Part shown: positions 1-11,559 of the stretch, in pieces
How the letters are laid out: each line of letters opens with the position of its first letter
Numbering within the stretch: the stretch's first letter is position 1
From: Squalus acanthias
Lineage: Eukaryota
DNA: 64,000 nucleotides
Reading direction: 5' to 3'
Assembly (NCBI GenBank): GCA_030390025.1
Contig: CM059451.1
Coordinates: 21,452,001-21,516,000, forward strand
Program-made: the position numbers and the translations under genes
The notes under the pieces: model-generated
Database searches by the model: none
What the model was told of the DNA's origin: nothing
The model's input: only the letters and a program-made list of their open reading frames with translations

Positions 1-399
1 CACCGTAGACATTTGATAACCTTGTTAAAAGTAATAAAGATTGAAAATACTGAATCAAATGTTTTTTTTAGCAGACCCAAGTGTAGTGATGTCAACATGT
101 TAAGAATGCCCTTTATGATCAGCAAGAGTGACTCAGATTGCAGCCAGGTTTGCTTAAAAAAAAGTGATTTAAGCTTTTCATTCCACTTAAATTCAAATAG
201 TGGAGCAGGAAACCTGCTTTGAGTTCTTAATCCCTACAATTTAACTGCCAAAAGTATGTTCTTAAAATAAAATTCAGTGTTTCCAATTTCATATTTAATG
301 CTGTGAAAGCATTAGATATGAACTTCTGATTACTAAATATTCAGAGAAAACATCAACCCTCCAGACACAATCCAAACGCTTGTTCAGGTATCAGACCTG

Positions 400-600
400 T
401 TAAAAGGAGCCAATTCTAATTGCAAAACCATTTATATGGCGTGTTGTGTTTTCTAAAGTGACGTCTGTCAAAATGTCACATTTAAAATCAAAATTAGTGA
501 TTGCCATTTGGCAGATCATGTTTGGTGTTTACTAGCAACCGATTGGGCCTTTTAACATTTTCTGCTGCGGTGGAAGGCGCTTGTGTTGCGCCTCTTCAGT
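400..600 (+). promoter_or_regulatory. Putative promoter of ZC3H10 copy A
   Basis: CCAAT at 410-414, ATGGCG (YY1-like core) at 436-441, TGACGTC (CRE-like) at 459-465, TAGCAAC (RFX half-site) near 533-539 and ATTGG at 542-546, directly upstream of a CpG-rich exon-like block. TSS not determinable. Confidence 0.5.
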
Positions 601-741
601 CTGGAGTTGCTCTTGGCTGGGAGGACCTGGTTTGATGCTCTTTGTCGTGAAGTTACCCTTGACTGGGAGGACCCGCGTTGAGACTCTTTGTGTCGGAGCT
701 GTGAGGGAAGGAGCGGAGTCGAGCTGTGCTGTGCTGTATAG
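590..741 (+). other. ZC3H10: Non-coding exon 1 (5' UTR) of ZC3H10 copy A
   Basis: Ends at donor TAG|GTAAAC (GT at 742). Clearly homologous to 13630-13753 upstream of copy B. Matching acceptor (T)nGCAG ends at 2766. Start is approximate. Confidence 0.6.
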
Positions 742-1234
742 GTAAACCCATCCCTGGTTTGTGAGTTTTAATACCGGTTAAAGTTTCGAGCTCGGTGAGA
801 TTAGTCGAAGATTTTCATGTGTACACGCTGTGCGGAGAAGATTGGGGTTTATTTGTGGGCCGGGGGTCATTTTAATTTGTAACAGGAAGTCGAGGCCTAA
901 AGGCGCCATTACAGCCTGAAATCCAGGGAGCGCGTTTGAGAGCTTCCCGGAACAACAGCTGCAATCTGCAGGGGCTAGGGCTGCAGTCGCCGAATCACTT
1001 GGGTGGAAAATTTGATTAAAGGTGGATTCAAGACAAAAGCAACCGTCGAATAAAGTGCGTTAGTTGGGTGCGTGGCACGCAGGATAAAACCAGCCGCTTG
1101 TGTGGGGGAGGGGAGGAGAATTCTGTTTAAAGATCTGCTATATTTTTTTACACATCGAAATAATCCAATTAATTGCTGGTATTTAAACGGTAATTTTTCT
1201 CACTTTTTTTGGAATGAGTTTAATCTTGTTTGCG

Positions 1235-1340
1235 ACGGCTAGAATTGCAGTTCTTTGGCGCTAAGTCGCTCGTGTCTGGGAGGACCTGTTTGCTCGTTCT
1301 GTTTGGAGGAGTGAGTAAAAGAGCTGAACCGTGTATGTAA
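1235..1340 (+). other. Second, diverged copy of the exon-1 module; possible alternative first exon
   Basis: TCGCTCGTGTCTGGGAGGACCTG matches TTGCTCTTGGCTGGGAGGACCTG in exon 1. Candidate donors AGA|GTGAGT (1311) and TAT|GTAAAT (1337). Confidence 0.35.
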
Positions 1341-2814
1341 ATAGTCCCTGTTTTTTTCTATCTTTTGTAACCGTTCTGACCCACTCTGTTTACTCCGACA
1401 GTTTAAATGTCCAGAGTGAAGGTTTAATTCTGTGTTCGTGTGTGTCATGCAGCAGAAAGTTGAGGCCTAGCAGTCTTGTGATCTGGAAAGCCGTGTCGAA
1501 AATGATTGTGTACATTACCGGAAGTGTAAACATTTCTAGAACTCTTATGGCAAGTACAGGAACTGATGGAACTGTCACATACACTGAAGAGTAAAATACA
1601 TTTTTAGGATTGCAATATGAGTCAGTAAAAGATGATATATCCCCCATTTATAGAACAAAATAGTGTGCGGAATTAAACTTGGTAAAAAGCCAAATTTCTT
1701 GCAAGCATGGTGACCCGAGCCTGCTGTTGCAGTACTCTGACTATAGGAAAGGGAAGAATCCATGATTTCAGACCTGTCTGAGAGCCCTTCTGCGCAGCCC
1801 GATGAGGAAACTTTGTGATCGGTTGGGAAATCTGCATCCCCAGATTTCTGAGGTCAGGTGCCTCTTGGGCCAGCAGGCCCAAGTCATGCGTACTGCTGAT
1901 TCCCATGGAATCACACAAGATATTCCCAATTATTATCACTAGAGCAGCTTGACACAGCGAGGGAGACCTGGACTTGAGGGTCTTCACGCTGATCAGATAC
2001 TTTACCTTTTTACTAAAATGTTGATTTTTGCGACACTTATAAAGTGGGTAGTGCTTTAAACAGACTTCTCATTTAAGGCTACGTTACTTGTTTTCTTTTA
2101 AATTGTTCTGCCCTGTAAGTTTTTAAAAGAAAAAAAATCATGCACTATTGGGAGGTCCATGTGCTTCCTGGGCTCATTGATGTTGTTCTTGAAGTTAGTT
2201 GGGAGTTGGAGAATGATGGCCATGGGTGACTTCACAGTTTTCCTTTCTAGAGGTGTTGTGCCTACCTGCTGCGCAGTGGTACAGCTGAGGTTGGTAACTC
2301 GTGTGGAGGACTGCCATTATGAACTCGTCTAGCACCATTTGTTTGGAGATCTATATATTGCATTATTTTTGAGTGCGTTTTAGTGTTTACCTGTTATAAG
2401 CTTTTCCCTTTTTGAAAGGAGTGCATTACCGCGCCAGAAATGATCTGTTTTGGCATGGCCCACATAATTAAATACAATGCTATAAATTGGAAGACTTCAT
2501 GGACAATCTCAAAATACAGAGCAGTGTGCATTTGTTTTTTGCGCACACCATACTTGTGGATCTGACTGATTCATTTGAGAGTTCTGTATTTTTTCACTTG
2601 TGCGAACAAAAATACAATTGCACAGACTTCTTCGATGCTAATTGTCACTTGATAATTTTGCTACTGCGACTACTCTGAATTCAATGTTTTATGGAATGCG
2701 CAACAGTTACTTTGTAAATGAATCGCTCATTCTCTATAAAGACCTGCCTTTTTTTTTCTTTTGCAGTTGCTTGTGTAGCGCCTTGGCTAAACAGCGCAGA
2801 AATAATCTATAAAA

Positions 2815-3495
2815 ATGCCAGATAACGGCACCGAGGAGGCTGGCCCCAGTACAGATGATATTTGCCGTGACTTCCTGCGCAACGTCTGCAACCGCGGTAA
2901 GCGCTGCAAGTTCCGCCACCCAGACGCTAATGAGATGTCCACCCTTGGCCTTTTATCTTCTGATCTACCCGTTAATAAAGGTGAGATTCCGATCTGCCAC
3001 GACTATCAGAAGGGTGACTGTCAAAGAGGGCCCAAATGTAAGTTCCTGCACGTAAAGCGCGACGAGTATGGTTATGAAAACCAAGGTATGGCGCACAGCC
3101 AGGTGTTTTCTCCCTTGGCACGCAGATATGATCGCTATGATGACCTCTACTCTAGAGGTTATGATGCTGACCACTACGATGGCTACGACACCCACATGAA
3201 GAGGAGAAGGATGGAGGGCATGGGGTTTGAAGTATACGACTACGGCATGCAGAATCCAGGCGCAGCTGACTACCGGTTTCTGAAGGAAGAGAATCTCATG
3301 CTGCAAAAGCGCGTTGAGGATCTCCAAAAACAGGTGTCAAACCTGATGGCCACCAATGAGCTCCTCCTGGAGCAGAATGCAAATCTCCGCAACCAAGTGA
3401 AGATGGGAATGATGACTCCCATGACCCCCATGACCTCCATGACCGCTATGACCCCCACACCCACTGCAACAGCTGGGAGATTCACCACCCAGTGA
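2815..3495 (+). CDS. ZC3H10: ZC3H10-like protein, copy A (226 aa; two CCCH fingers, basic KRRR motif, leucine-zipper-like coiled coil)
   Basis: CRDFLRNVCNRGKRCKFRH, CHDYQKGDCQRGPKCKFLH and EENLMLQKRVEDLQKQVSNLMATNELLLEQN match ZC3H10. Acceptor at 2765-2766 and AAAATG start context; intact ORF. Confidence 0.9.
   Translation: MPDNGTEEAGPSTDDICRDFLRNVCNRGKRCKFRHPDANEMSTLGLLSSDLPVNKGEIPICHDYQKGDCQRGPKCKFLHVKRDEYGYENQGMAHSQVFSPLARRYDRYDDLYSRGYDADHYDGYDTHMKRRRMEGMGFEVYDYGMQNPGAADYRFLKEENLMLQKRVEDLQKQVSNLMATNELLLEQNANLRNQVKMGMMTPMTPMTSMTAMTPTPTATAGRFTTQ
3412..3456 (+). repeat. Coding 9-bp tandem repeat (ATGACYNNN x5, encoding MTP/MTP/MTS/MTA/MTP)
   Basis: atgactccc atgaccccc atgacctcc atgaccgct atgaccccc read directly from the sequence. 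Confidence 0.85.
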
Positions 3496-6400
3496 CATTC
3501 GAGTTGATCACCTGAAAGAGGTGTGACTCAACTCCTTAAATATTTGTTTGTCACTTCAGTATACTAATAAAGAAACCTATGTAGTTTGTCAGATCTGAGA
3601 AGGTTGTGCTGGGACTCTGCTTTACAGATGCAAATTTACAAATTGACCTATAAAAGACCACAAGCTCAATTAATACAAGGCAGTTTTACCATACCACTAC
3701 CTTGAATTTATAAATGGGGGGGAAAAATGGAAAGGTGGTTATCAGTAGCGTGAGTACCTTCAGGTCAAGTTGCTGAGAAACCCTTTCTAACATTGGGATG
3801 GGGGTGAAGTAAGAGAAAAATATAAAAAATTCTGATATTTGTTCATGATGATACCCGGCTTCCCTGTGGTGAACACTTAAGCCACTTTGTATAATTTGAC
3901 TTTCTCTCTTCTTTCTCTTTCCCCTTCCGCCCACCCACCCTCCTCTCCCATCAAAAAAAAGTAATAACGGGAGCACCTTGAAAATATTTAACCAAAATGT
4001 GGGGGGGAAGTTGAGTTATAATCCAGTGTTGGGTTTAGGCAATTTTCCAAGTGACGTATTGTGAAAATTTTAGGTCCATTGACTGGATTATGGCCATATA
4101 TGCGCAGATTTGAGCGTCACCTCTCACTGTTTCACGCATTTTGCTCCTCTGAAAACCTACTTGTGTTGCAAGACTTAGACACATGCTAGATTTGTCTTTG
4201 GCAAAACATAGTGGCAGAAACAGATGTGAATTAAGTGGCAAAATTGGCCACTAATTGAGCCACCTGTACTGCAAAGCTTTCCAGTGTGTGTGTGTATATT
4301 GTGAGATGCCTTGGTATGTGTTGCAAGCTGTAACAGTCTTGGGTACTGAAGGACTGTATAAGTCTAGATCAATTTTACTGTCCTGATTTATTTTGTCATC
4401 TAAATGCGACAAATGGAGTACAGCCTTTAATACACCCTAATCATAATATATGTAGCTGCCTCCTATGTATCTGTTATTCTGTATGTGACTGACTTTTGTG
4501 AGAACTAAGTCAATCATTTGCAAGCCAGCCGACTCTTGACTCAGAATGTGGCTCTAAAGCCACAGGAAACGAGCATTTTTAATGCTGTGCGTACTGGATA
4601 TTGTTGGGTTGGTGGTCCTTTGGTCTATGGAAATCTGTATTGTAGTGGGGTTTTTTTTTTGCATTGGTGGGAACCCAGGACCACTGCATGATGCCTCATG
4701 CAGTTTTTCCTGTTACTTTTCTTGCATTGCTTTCTACTTTAAAACTCAATTTAAAATAGTTGAATGAGTGTAGTTATTAGTTGCCATGTTTTCATTGGAC
4801 TCCGGTGAACAGAGAATTCTGCCCGCTTTTAGTAATTCTCCAGCTACTGTGCATAAGTTTTAACTTTTTCTCCTCTCTCTACTGTTCCTGTTGGAGGGCA
4901 GGCATTTTGGTCCCAAGCCTCTAAAAATCCTGATCTGGTTTGCAGAAAATAAAGCCTACATAACCTTCTGATTCTTTTCTCTTCCCCTGTTTGAAGAAAC
5001 ACCTGGTCTTCACTCAGCAGGTCCAACTGGGAATAGTGGACACAGACTAGCCCCTACTGCTACTGTACTTCTAATTTTCCTCTTGTCCACACACTTCCCC
5101 ATCCCCTTTTATATGCCTTCTCTTGAGCTCAAGGGATATAATTCAGCATTGTGTTGCAAAATGCAATTCAGTGCACTACCACTAGGTATTAGTGATGATG
5201 GATATCAAGCTAATACTGCGGCTATCAGAAACTTTTGGAATTCCTTTCTTATAATCCAGGAATATTAATTATTTTAGTTATAACTGGTACACAGGGATGG
5301 ATGAATCGTAGTTCCGTGTACAGTAGAATCCTGTTTGTGGTAGGTGGGACAAGATAAAATAGCTTATTCATCAGACTTGCATAAAAGACTGCTTAAGTCA
5401 GTAATGATTTGTAACAGCAGGACTTTGACAAGGATCTGCTTATTGCTGTATCTGATTTAAATTTGCATGGATTTGACTGTACAGCCTCCTTTTCAGTTCC
5501 TCAAACCACAGTGCTTGAGTTTCACTGTTGCTCTTGTAGTTTTTTTAGATTCTTGCACTGAAACATTGATACTATTTATAGTCATATCTGGCATCGGTGG
5601 TTTAGGATTCTGGCATCCATCTATCCCTTCTGGTATTTTTACATGCTACGTGAGTTTAGTTCTTTTCAAGTTAAAGCTTGGGGTCAGTATTTTAACAGTT
5701 AACAATTCCCCCCCTCTTTCCCCCCCCCCCCCCATATTTACCTACATTTTTGGGAACCACCCAAGCTAAAGTTAACTGTCTGTGGGGCAGGGGCAGTTAT
5801 TTGTCTATGGATATTCATCAGTTATTGTTAACCCTTTCCAGTCAAGAAACCATACATGCGACAAACAATGGTTTTTTTTTTTCTGGTTAAAACTTCCAGA
5901 CTAGAATGGTTGCACCTCGACATGTTTAAAGATCTAGAAGGAAGGAAGCAAGCGGTCAGGTTTCTTGGAGTAGTAACGTAGTGAGATTGTTTCTTCACAA
6001 CATACACAGACCCAGTCATAATCATTCACACTCTTTTTGTACAAGGGAATTGTGATTGAAGTAGGTTTAATGTGGCCATAGTGAGGTCTGTGCACCTGGA
6101 GAATGTTGATGTTCCAGGACAACACATGGGATTATCTTGCAGTACTGTGATAGTTAATAGTGTTCTCCTTCTGTCTGCCATTGATTGGAACTACATTTTT
6201 TGTTCCTTCAATTTGAATTCTGGCTTTTACTACTAGTCTTGCTAACTAGTTTTAATTTTTTATTTCAGAATTTAATGTTTTTGATTTATTACTATGCTAC
6301 CAAAATACATTTGTTTCCTACATTGGACTTAATTTGCAGTGAAGTGGTTATTAAAATGGCGCTATGAACACTTCAGTTGTCTATCTGGGCATGCCAATAA

Positions 6401-6720
6401 AATGGGAAACCATCACTGCTATAGTTGCATCTTATGGGCTGGAAAGGTTTAATGGTACAGTATATGTATAATGTGTATATATTGATTGCTACATAGTTCT
6501 TTGCTATGGTTAATGCTTTTCTATGCGATTACATGTAGAATGTTCTTTCCCATGGTTAATCGTTCCACTGATGCAGACCTCCAGGACAGCAGAACCTATA
6601 CAGTCCTAAACTAAGTGTACTTTGTTTAATTGTAGACCTTTTAAAGCAAAAATGTGTTCACCTTCATTTCTATGGAAGTCTGTTGAGTGTATAACAATAA
6701 AGCAAATTTTCATTTGTGTA
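3496..6720 (+). other. ZC3H10: Long 3' UTR of ZC3H10 copy A
   Basis: Collinear homology blocks with 27537-30450 (for example 3530-3610 vs 27710-27795, 5170-5260 vs 28630-28725, 6437-6590 vs 30025-30180). Ends at TGTATAACAATAAA followed by a GU/U-rich tract. Confidence 0.65.
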
Positions 6721-6740
6721 TTGTTTTGTATTCCTTGTGT
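6688..6740 (+). terminator. Distal polyadenylation signal of copy A
   Basis: TGTA immediately upstream of AATAAA (6696-6701), with downstream TTGTGTATTGTTTTGT. GAGTGTATAACAATAAAG is identical in copy B. Confidence 0.65.
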
Positions 6741-6774
6741 TTATAGTGCACACTTAAATAGATTGCCTGTTTTG

Positions 6775-6850
6775 GGACTAGATGGTGCAATGAGTTAAAG
6801 CACTATCCTTTACCTCTGGGCCATGAGTTTAAACTCAACTCGGCCTAAGC
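6775..6850 (+). mobile_element. Degenerate tRNA-derived SINE head (LF-SINE-like)
   Basis: GATGGTGCAATGAG...CCTTTACCTCTGGG...GAGTTTAAACTC resembles A/B boxes and the recalled LF-SINE 5' end. Confidence 0.3.
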
Positions 6851-7299
6851 TAACGATATTAGAAAGTGGTTCTGAACATATAGAGGTGATAGCTCCTGTT
6901 GGTAAACCTGCCAGTTTATGCTGTTTAACTAGCAGGAGGGAGAAAATGGCTGTGGCAGTGATTTAAGAAAAGGCTGCCACCTACTTTCCACCTTCTCTGC
7001 TACTTCTACCCTGACTGCAGTCAGTGATTTGATATATTTTTGTGACCTACCTAGGATGTCGTCATCTGTTATTTTTAAAACATAGAAATGTATACATGGT
7101 TTTAAAAAAATGAAACTATATGAAGAGATGTTCAGGAAGGTCCTATCTTGAAAAAGCATGGAACGAAGCAGGTGAGTTGCCTGTTCTTAGCCTGTGAATT
7201 TAAACTGGGGCAGTATCTTAAATATAAGTTCTATTTATTCAAATACAGATTGCGCCAGAGGACTGGAAGATTGCGAATGTGATTCCATTATTGTAAAAA

Positions 7300-7585
7300 A
7301 AATAATTCCCATGTCCGGCCACTCGATGCAGGAGGATTCACTGTGAAATATGACCTTGTCCTTTCTTGACATCTATGTACACACTTCCAGCAGGGGTCAT
7401 GGGATAGTGCTCAGGAGTGGGAACCCTGGCTTTTCTTTGCCCTTGCCTGGGATGCTGAGACCAATTGGGGAGGGCACTGCACCCTATCTAAAATGAGCGA
7501 ACTCCATATGGCCTGAGCATCTTACCTGGGATCTCCATAGTCTATATGGCTCCATAGATAAACTAGCTGAATTATCGGGGAGCCT
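7300..7585 (-). mobile_element. tRNA-derived SINE, family X (AmnSINE2-like by recollection)
   Basis: Shares ACACTTCCAGCAGGGGTCA...GGGAACCCTGGCT...CTGAGRCCAATTG with copies at 31555, 39770, 49030, 51745 and 52120. Confidence 0.6.
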
Positions 7586-7944
7586 GATTGTAACCTTTAT
7601 TAAAAACATAATATGGGAATTTGAGCCCTGTTAGCTATTTTTCCAATTATACATGCTAATCTGAGTTTTATCTTCAGGGAAGAAATTTAGTAGCAATAAA
7701 TCTCTAGGCAGTTAGGTTTGTAAAAAGGTAGATCATGCCTGGTAAATTTGTAATTTCTTTCAGTGGGTAGCAGAAGGTTTGGATATTTGACTTGCAGAAA
7801 GCATTTGAGACATCGGAGAAGCCTTGATGCTAGGGGCAGTGTTAAGTAATGGGCGGTGCAGTAGGTTAGATACAGCCTTTTTATCTGTGTGACTTGGGCT
7901 GCTTGACTGAAAGTCCCTTCGAGCTGCTGGGTGTGAGGGTCAGT

Positions 7945-9340
7945 TATGAATTTTTTGTTGTGGGTGTCGCTGGCAAGGCTAGCATTTATTGCCCATCCTT
8001 CCTTACATAGAATATACAGCACAGAAACAGGCCATTCAGTCCAACTAGTCTGTGCTGGTGTTTATGCTCTACACTAGTCTCCTCCCATTCCATCGACCTC
8101 ATCTCAGCCTTTCAGCATATTTTTCTATTCCCTTTTCTCTCCTGTACTTGTCTAGCTTCCATTTGAAAGCAACTAAGCTATTTGCCTCAAGCACTTCCGG
8201 TGGTAGTGAGTTCCACATTCTAACCACTCAAACTTCTCCTTATTTTCCTATTGGATTTATTAGTAACTATCTTGTATTTATGGCCCCCAGATTTGGATTG
8301 TTCCACAAGTGGAAACATTCTCTCTACAGTTACCCTGTCCAGCCCATTCATAATTTTAAAGACCTCTATATCAGGACTTCTCTTTTCTAAAGAAAAAAAA
8401 AGCCCCAACCTGTTCAATTTTCCCCTATAGCTGTAATCTCTCAGTTGTGGTACCATCCTTGTAATTCTTTTTTGCACTTTCTCCAGTGCTTCTATGTCCT
8501 TATAGCATGGAGACCAGAACTATGCACACTACAGCTTGACCAGGGTCATAAACAAGTTTAACATCACTACTTTTGAATTCTATACCCCATGAAATAAATC
8601 CCAGTGCTTTGTTGGCATTTTTAATTGATTTGCTGACTTGTGTTGCTGCTTTTAATGATTTGTTCACCTGTATCCCTAGATCCCTTTGCTCTTCTACCCC
8701 ATTCAGTTTCTTATTTTCTAAGGTGCAGGTGATATTTCTCGTTTTCCTACCAAAGTGCATCACCTCGCATTTATTTGTTAAAGTTCATTTGCCACTTAAC
8801 TGCAAGTTTTCTAATGTCTTGTATTATGGTTCCGTGTCCCCTGTTTCGTATGATCTGCAAATTTTGAGAGTTACTTATTCGTATTCCAAATCATTAATGT
8901 GAATTATGAATAACAGTGGTCCCAATACTTCTCCTTGTGGAACACTGCTTTCTAGTTTCATACAATCTGAATAACTACCCTTTACCCCATCACTCTGCTT
9001 TCTTGAGAGTGGGGGTAAAGGGTAGTTGTCCTGAGATGTCAACTGAGTGCCCTGCTCGGCCATTTCGGAGGGCAGTTAAGAGTCAACCATGTTGGTGTGG
9101 GACTGGAGTCACATAGGCCAGACCGGGTATGGATGACCAGTTTCTTTCAAAGGGCATTAATAAACCAGTTGGGTTTTTACAACTATCTGACAACTTAATG
9201 ATACCAACTTTTAATTTCTAGATTTTCTAAAACTGAATTTAAATTTTCAGTGCCATGGTGGGATTTGAATTCTCATTCTCTAATTATTAGTTCAGGCCTC
9301 TATTTCTAGTCCAGTAATATAACCACTATGCTATTGTACC
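7945..9340 (-). mobile_element. tRNA-derived SINE (same family as 63835-64000), split by a CR1 insertion
   Basis: 9020-9340 is the reverse complement of the head at 63835. The 3' tail GCATTTATTGCCCATCC lies at 7980-8000 on the other side of the CR1 fragment. Confidence 0.65.
8004..9000 (-). mobile_element. CR1 LINE 3' fragment (degenerate RT)
   Basis: Minus-strand peptides SVPQGEVLGPLLFIIHINDL, MHFGRK...EQRDLGIQV and QKRITRMVPQLRDYSY; CR1 3' terminus near 8004-8040. Confidence 0.85.
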
Positions 9341-10594
9341 CACTTTATGAAATTAATATCAATAGTCTGCTACCAATTTGCAGTAGGAGTAGACCCACAG
9401 CATAGCCTGCCCCAAATTCAGCACTAAATGGATAATCTCACTCAGGCTACAGGATGTCTGGTGTGGGAGATAGAAAATGTTACGCTGGTACAGTCAAGGG
9501 TACTAAAGATTGCTTTGGACAGAGAAGGGGGAGCTTTGCTCTGCATCTCACCATGCTGTATCTGACCTGGAAGTGCTCAATGAACTGAAATGGAAAGTGT
9601 TACATTCCCCAGCACACATCCCTCATCTTGATGAGCACAAAACTCGCAATCCATAAATAAAATAGGAAAGTTTGTAAAACAGCAAGTGCCGCTGTAGTTA
9701 CATTTCTGAATGGAATTTTTCAAACAAAACCAAAGAAGTGGAGTAATATTAACTTGGTGACCGGATGTGTGTGAGAGAGAGAAATTGCCTGAACAGGTCC
9801 TGTTCATGTAGCTGAACCAGTATTTTTTTGCTCCTCCTTTCAGTGTACTGAGAGTTACACAAAAAGGTGGAATACAGTTCAGTTTCTAATTTCATTTTGA
9901 CATGCATAGCAGAAATGTATGTCGTGTCATAAATTGGTAATGGTGATACAGCTATTGATGCTGTGCCACAGAAGGGTAAGATGTGGGATCGTCTGCTCCA
10001 ACTTTGCTTTTTCAACTTGGAAGTTTTTCTTGGCAACTGAAAAGTGGCTCCCTTTTTCTCCTTGCCTCAAGGTTTGCTAGGTTGCAGTTCTGCAAGTGGC
10101 AATCGCCTTTCAATACATCTCCCAAGTGGTGCGCGACTCAGCAGTGGCCTGTAAACCTCAGTTGCTGATTGGATAAACTTACTCGACCAATGGGAAAACA
10201 AAAAATGGCTGTTGCCTGCCATCAAAATAGAGTTTGGAAGAATATGAAGCTTGTTTCAATTGCTCCAGCTCTTGTTCTAAAACATTAGTGTTAATGGGCA
10301 CCAAGGACTACATTACTGCCGAAGCATAAGCCTTAAAAGTCCTCTGATGGGAAGGGCATAGGTGTCTTGGGCTTCTTCCTACTGCTGATGCAAGAATTGC
10401 TGACCTTAACCTGTAGCTTAGCCTGTAGTTGCCCCTCCTGATTCCAGGTAGGTCCATGAGTTGGAGGTTGATACCTCAACTCTGGCTGGCCAGTATGGGC
10501 CAGTAACAGTTGATATGGTTCAAAATTCACCATTTCTCGGAGTTTTCCAGCTGAAGATACTTGTGGTTGGGCAGTCATCACATCTACAGAACAT

Positions 10595-11430
10595 CACCAA
10601 GAGTTCTTAAGCGAAGTGTCCTCGGCCCAATTATCTTCAGCTGCTTCATCAATGACCTTCCCTCAGTTAAGGCCAGGAGTGGAGTTGTTTGCTGATTATT
10701 GCAATGTTCAGCTCTATTCACAACTCCTGATAATGAAGTAGCCCATGCCAGCCTACAGAAGCACCTGGATAATATCCAGGTGTAGGTTGACAAGTGGTAG
10801 GTAATGACCATCTTGACCAGAGAAGCCTTGCCTTATCCCCCTGACCTCCAATGATACTGGCCTAGTCACCTATCATGAACATCTTGGTGTCACTGTTGAC
10901 CAGAAGCTGAAGTAGACCAGTCATAGTTGCAAGAGTGGCTAACCTGACCACTCAAAGCCTCTCCACCATCTACAAGGCCCAAGTCAGGCATGTGATGGAA
11001 TACTCACCACTGGGTGATAATGATGGGTCTAGCCGTAATAAAGTTCGCACCATCCACCACAGCAGTTCATTTAATTGGTGCCCTTACCACTGGCCTCCAT
11101 ATTCACCACCGGCCCACTGTGGCTGCCGTATGTACGATCTACAGGAGGCACTGAACACCTCCCTCCCCTGGCACCTCCACCAATGAAAAGGACAAGAACA
11201 TCAATGTAATAGAGATAACATCACTTTCAAGTTCCCCTCCAAGATGTGCACTATTCTGACTTGGACATGTATTGTCTCTGGGTCCACATTCTGGAATTTC
11301 CTATTTAACATCATTGTGGGAGATTCAATACTGCAAGCACTGCAGCAGTTCAAGGCGGCCCACCGCCTCAGGGCAACGAGGGATGGACAATAAATGCTAC
11401 TGTATTAGCGTTACCTATAATTACACAAAC
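10595..11430 (+). mobile_element. Degenerate 3' fragment of the LINE family at 50040-51693
   Basis: QSLSTIYKAQVRHVMEYSPL peptide and 3' tail GGGATGGACAATAAATGCT. Confidence 0.8.
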
Positions 11431-11559
11431 AAATTTAAAAAAAGTTAAAGCATTTTAGGAAACAACTGGAGCATCTAGTTCTGAAAGCTGTTGACCACCC
11501 ACCTTCTAAGGTAAAACAGATTTTGGTGTGGAGGCAATGAGGCTCTCGTTTATATAAAA

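Noticed and set aside
33-38. AATAAA near the window start, possibly the end of an upstream gene
   Set aside because: Too little context, and the flanks do not match the ZC3H10 3' end, so it cannot be assigned.
2815-3495. Copy A as a processed retrocopy or pseudogene
   Set aside because: It retains intron 1, a promoter-like region, an intact ORF with conserved Cys/His ligands and a collinear UTR. The missing segment does not end in AG, so it is not a spliced-out intron.
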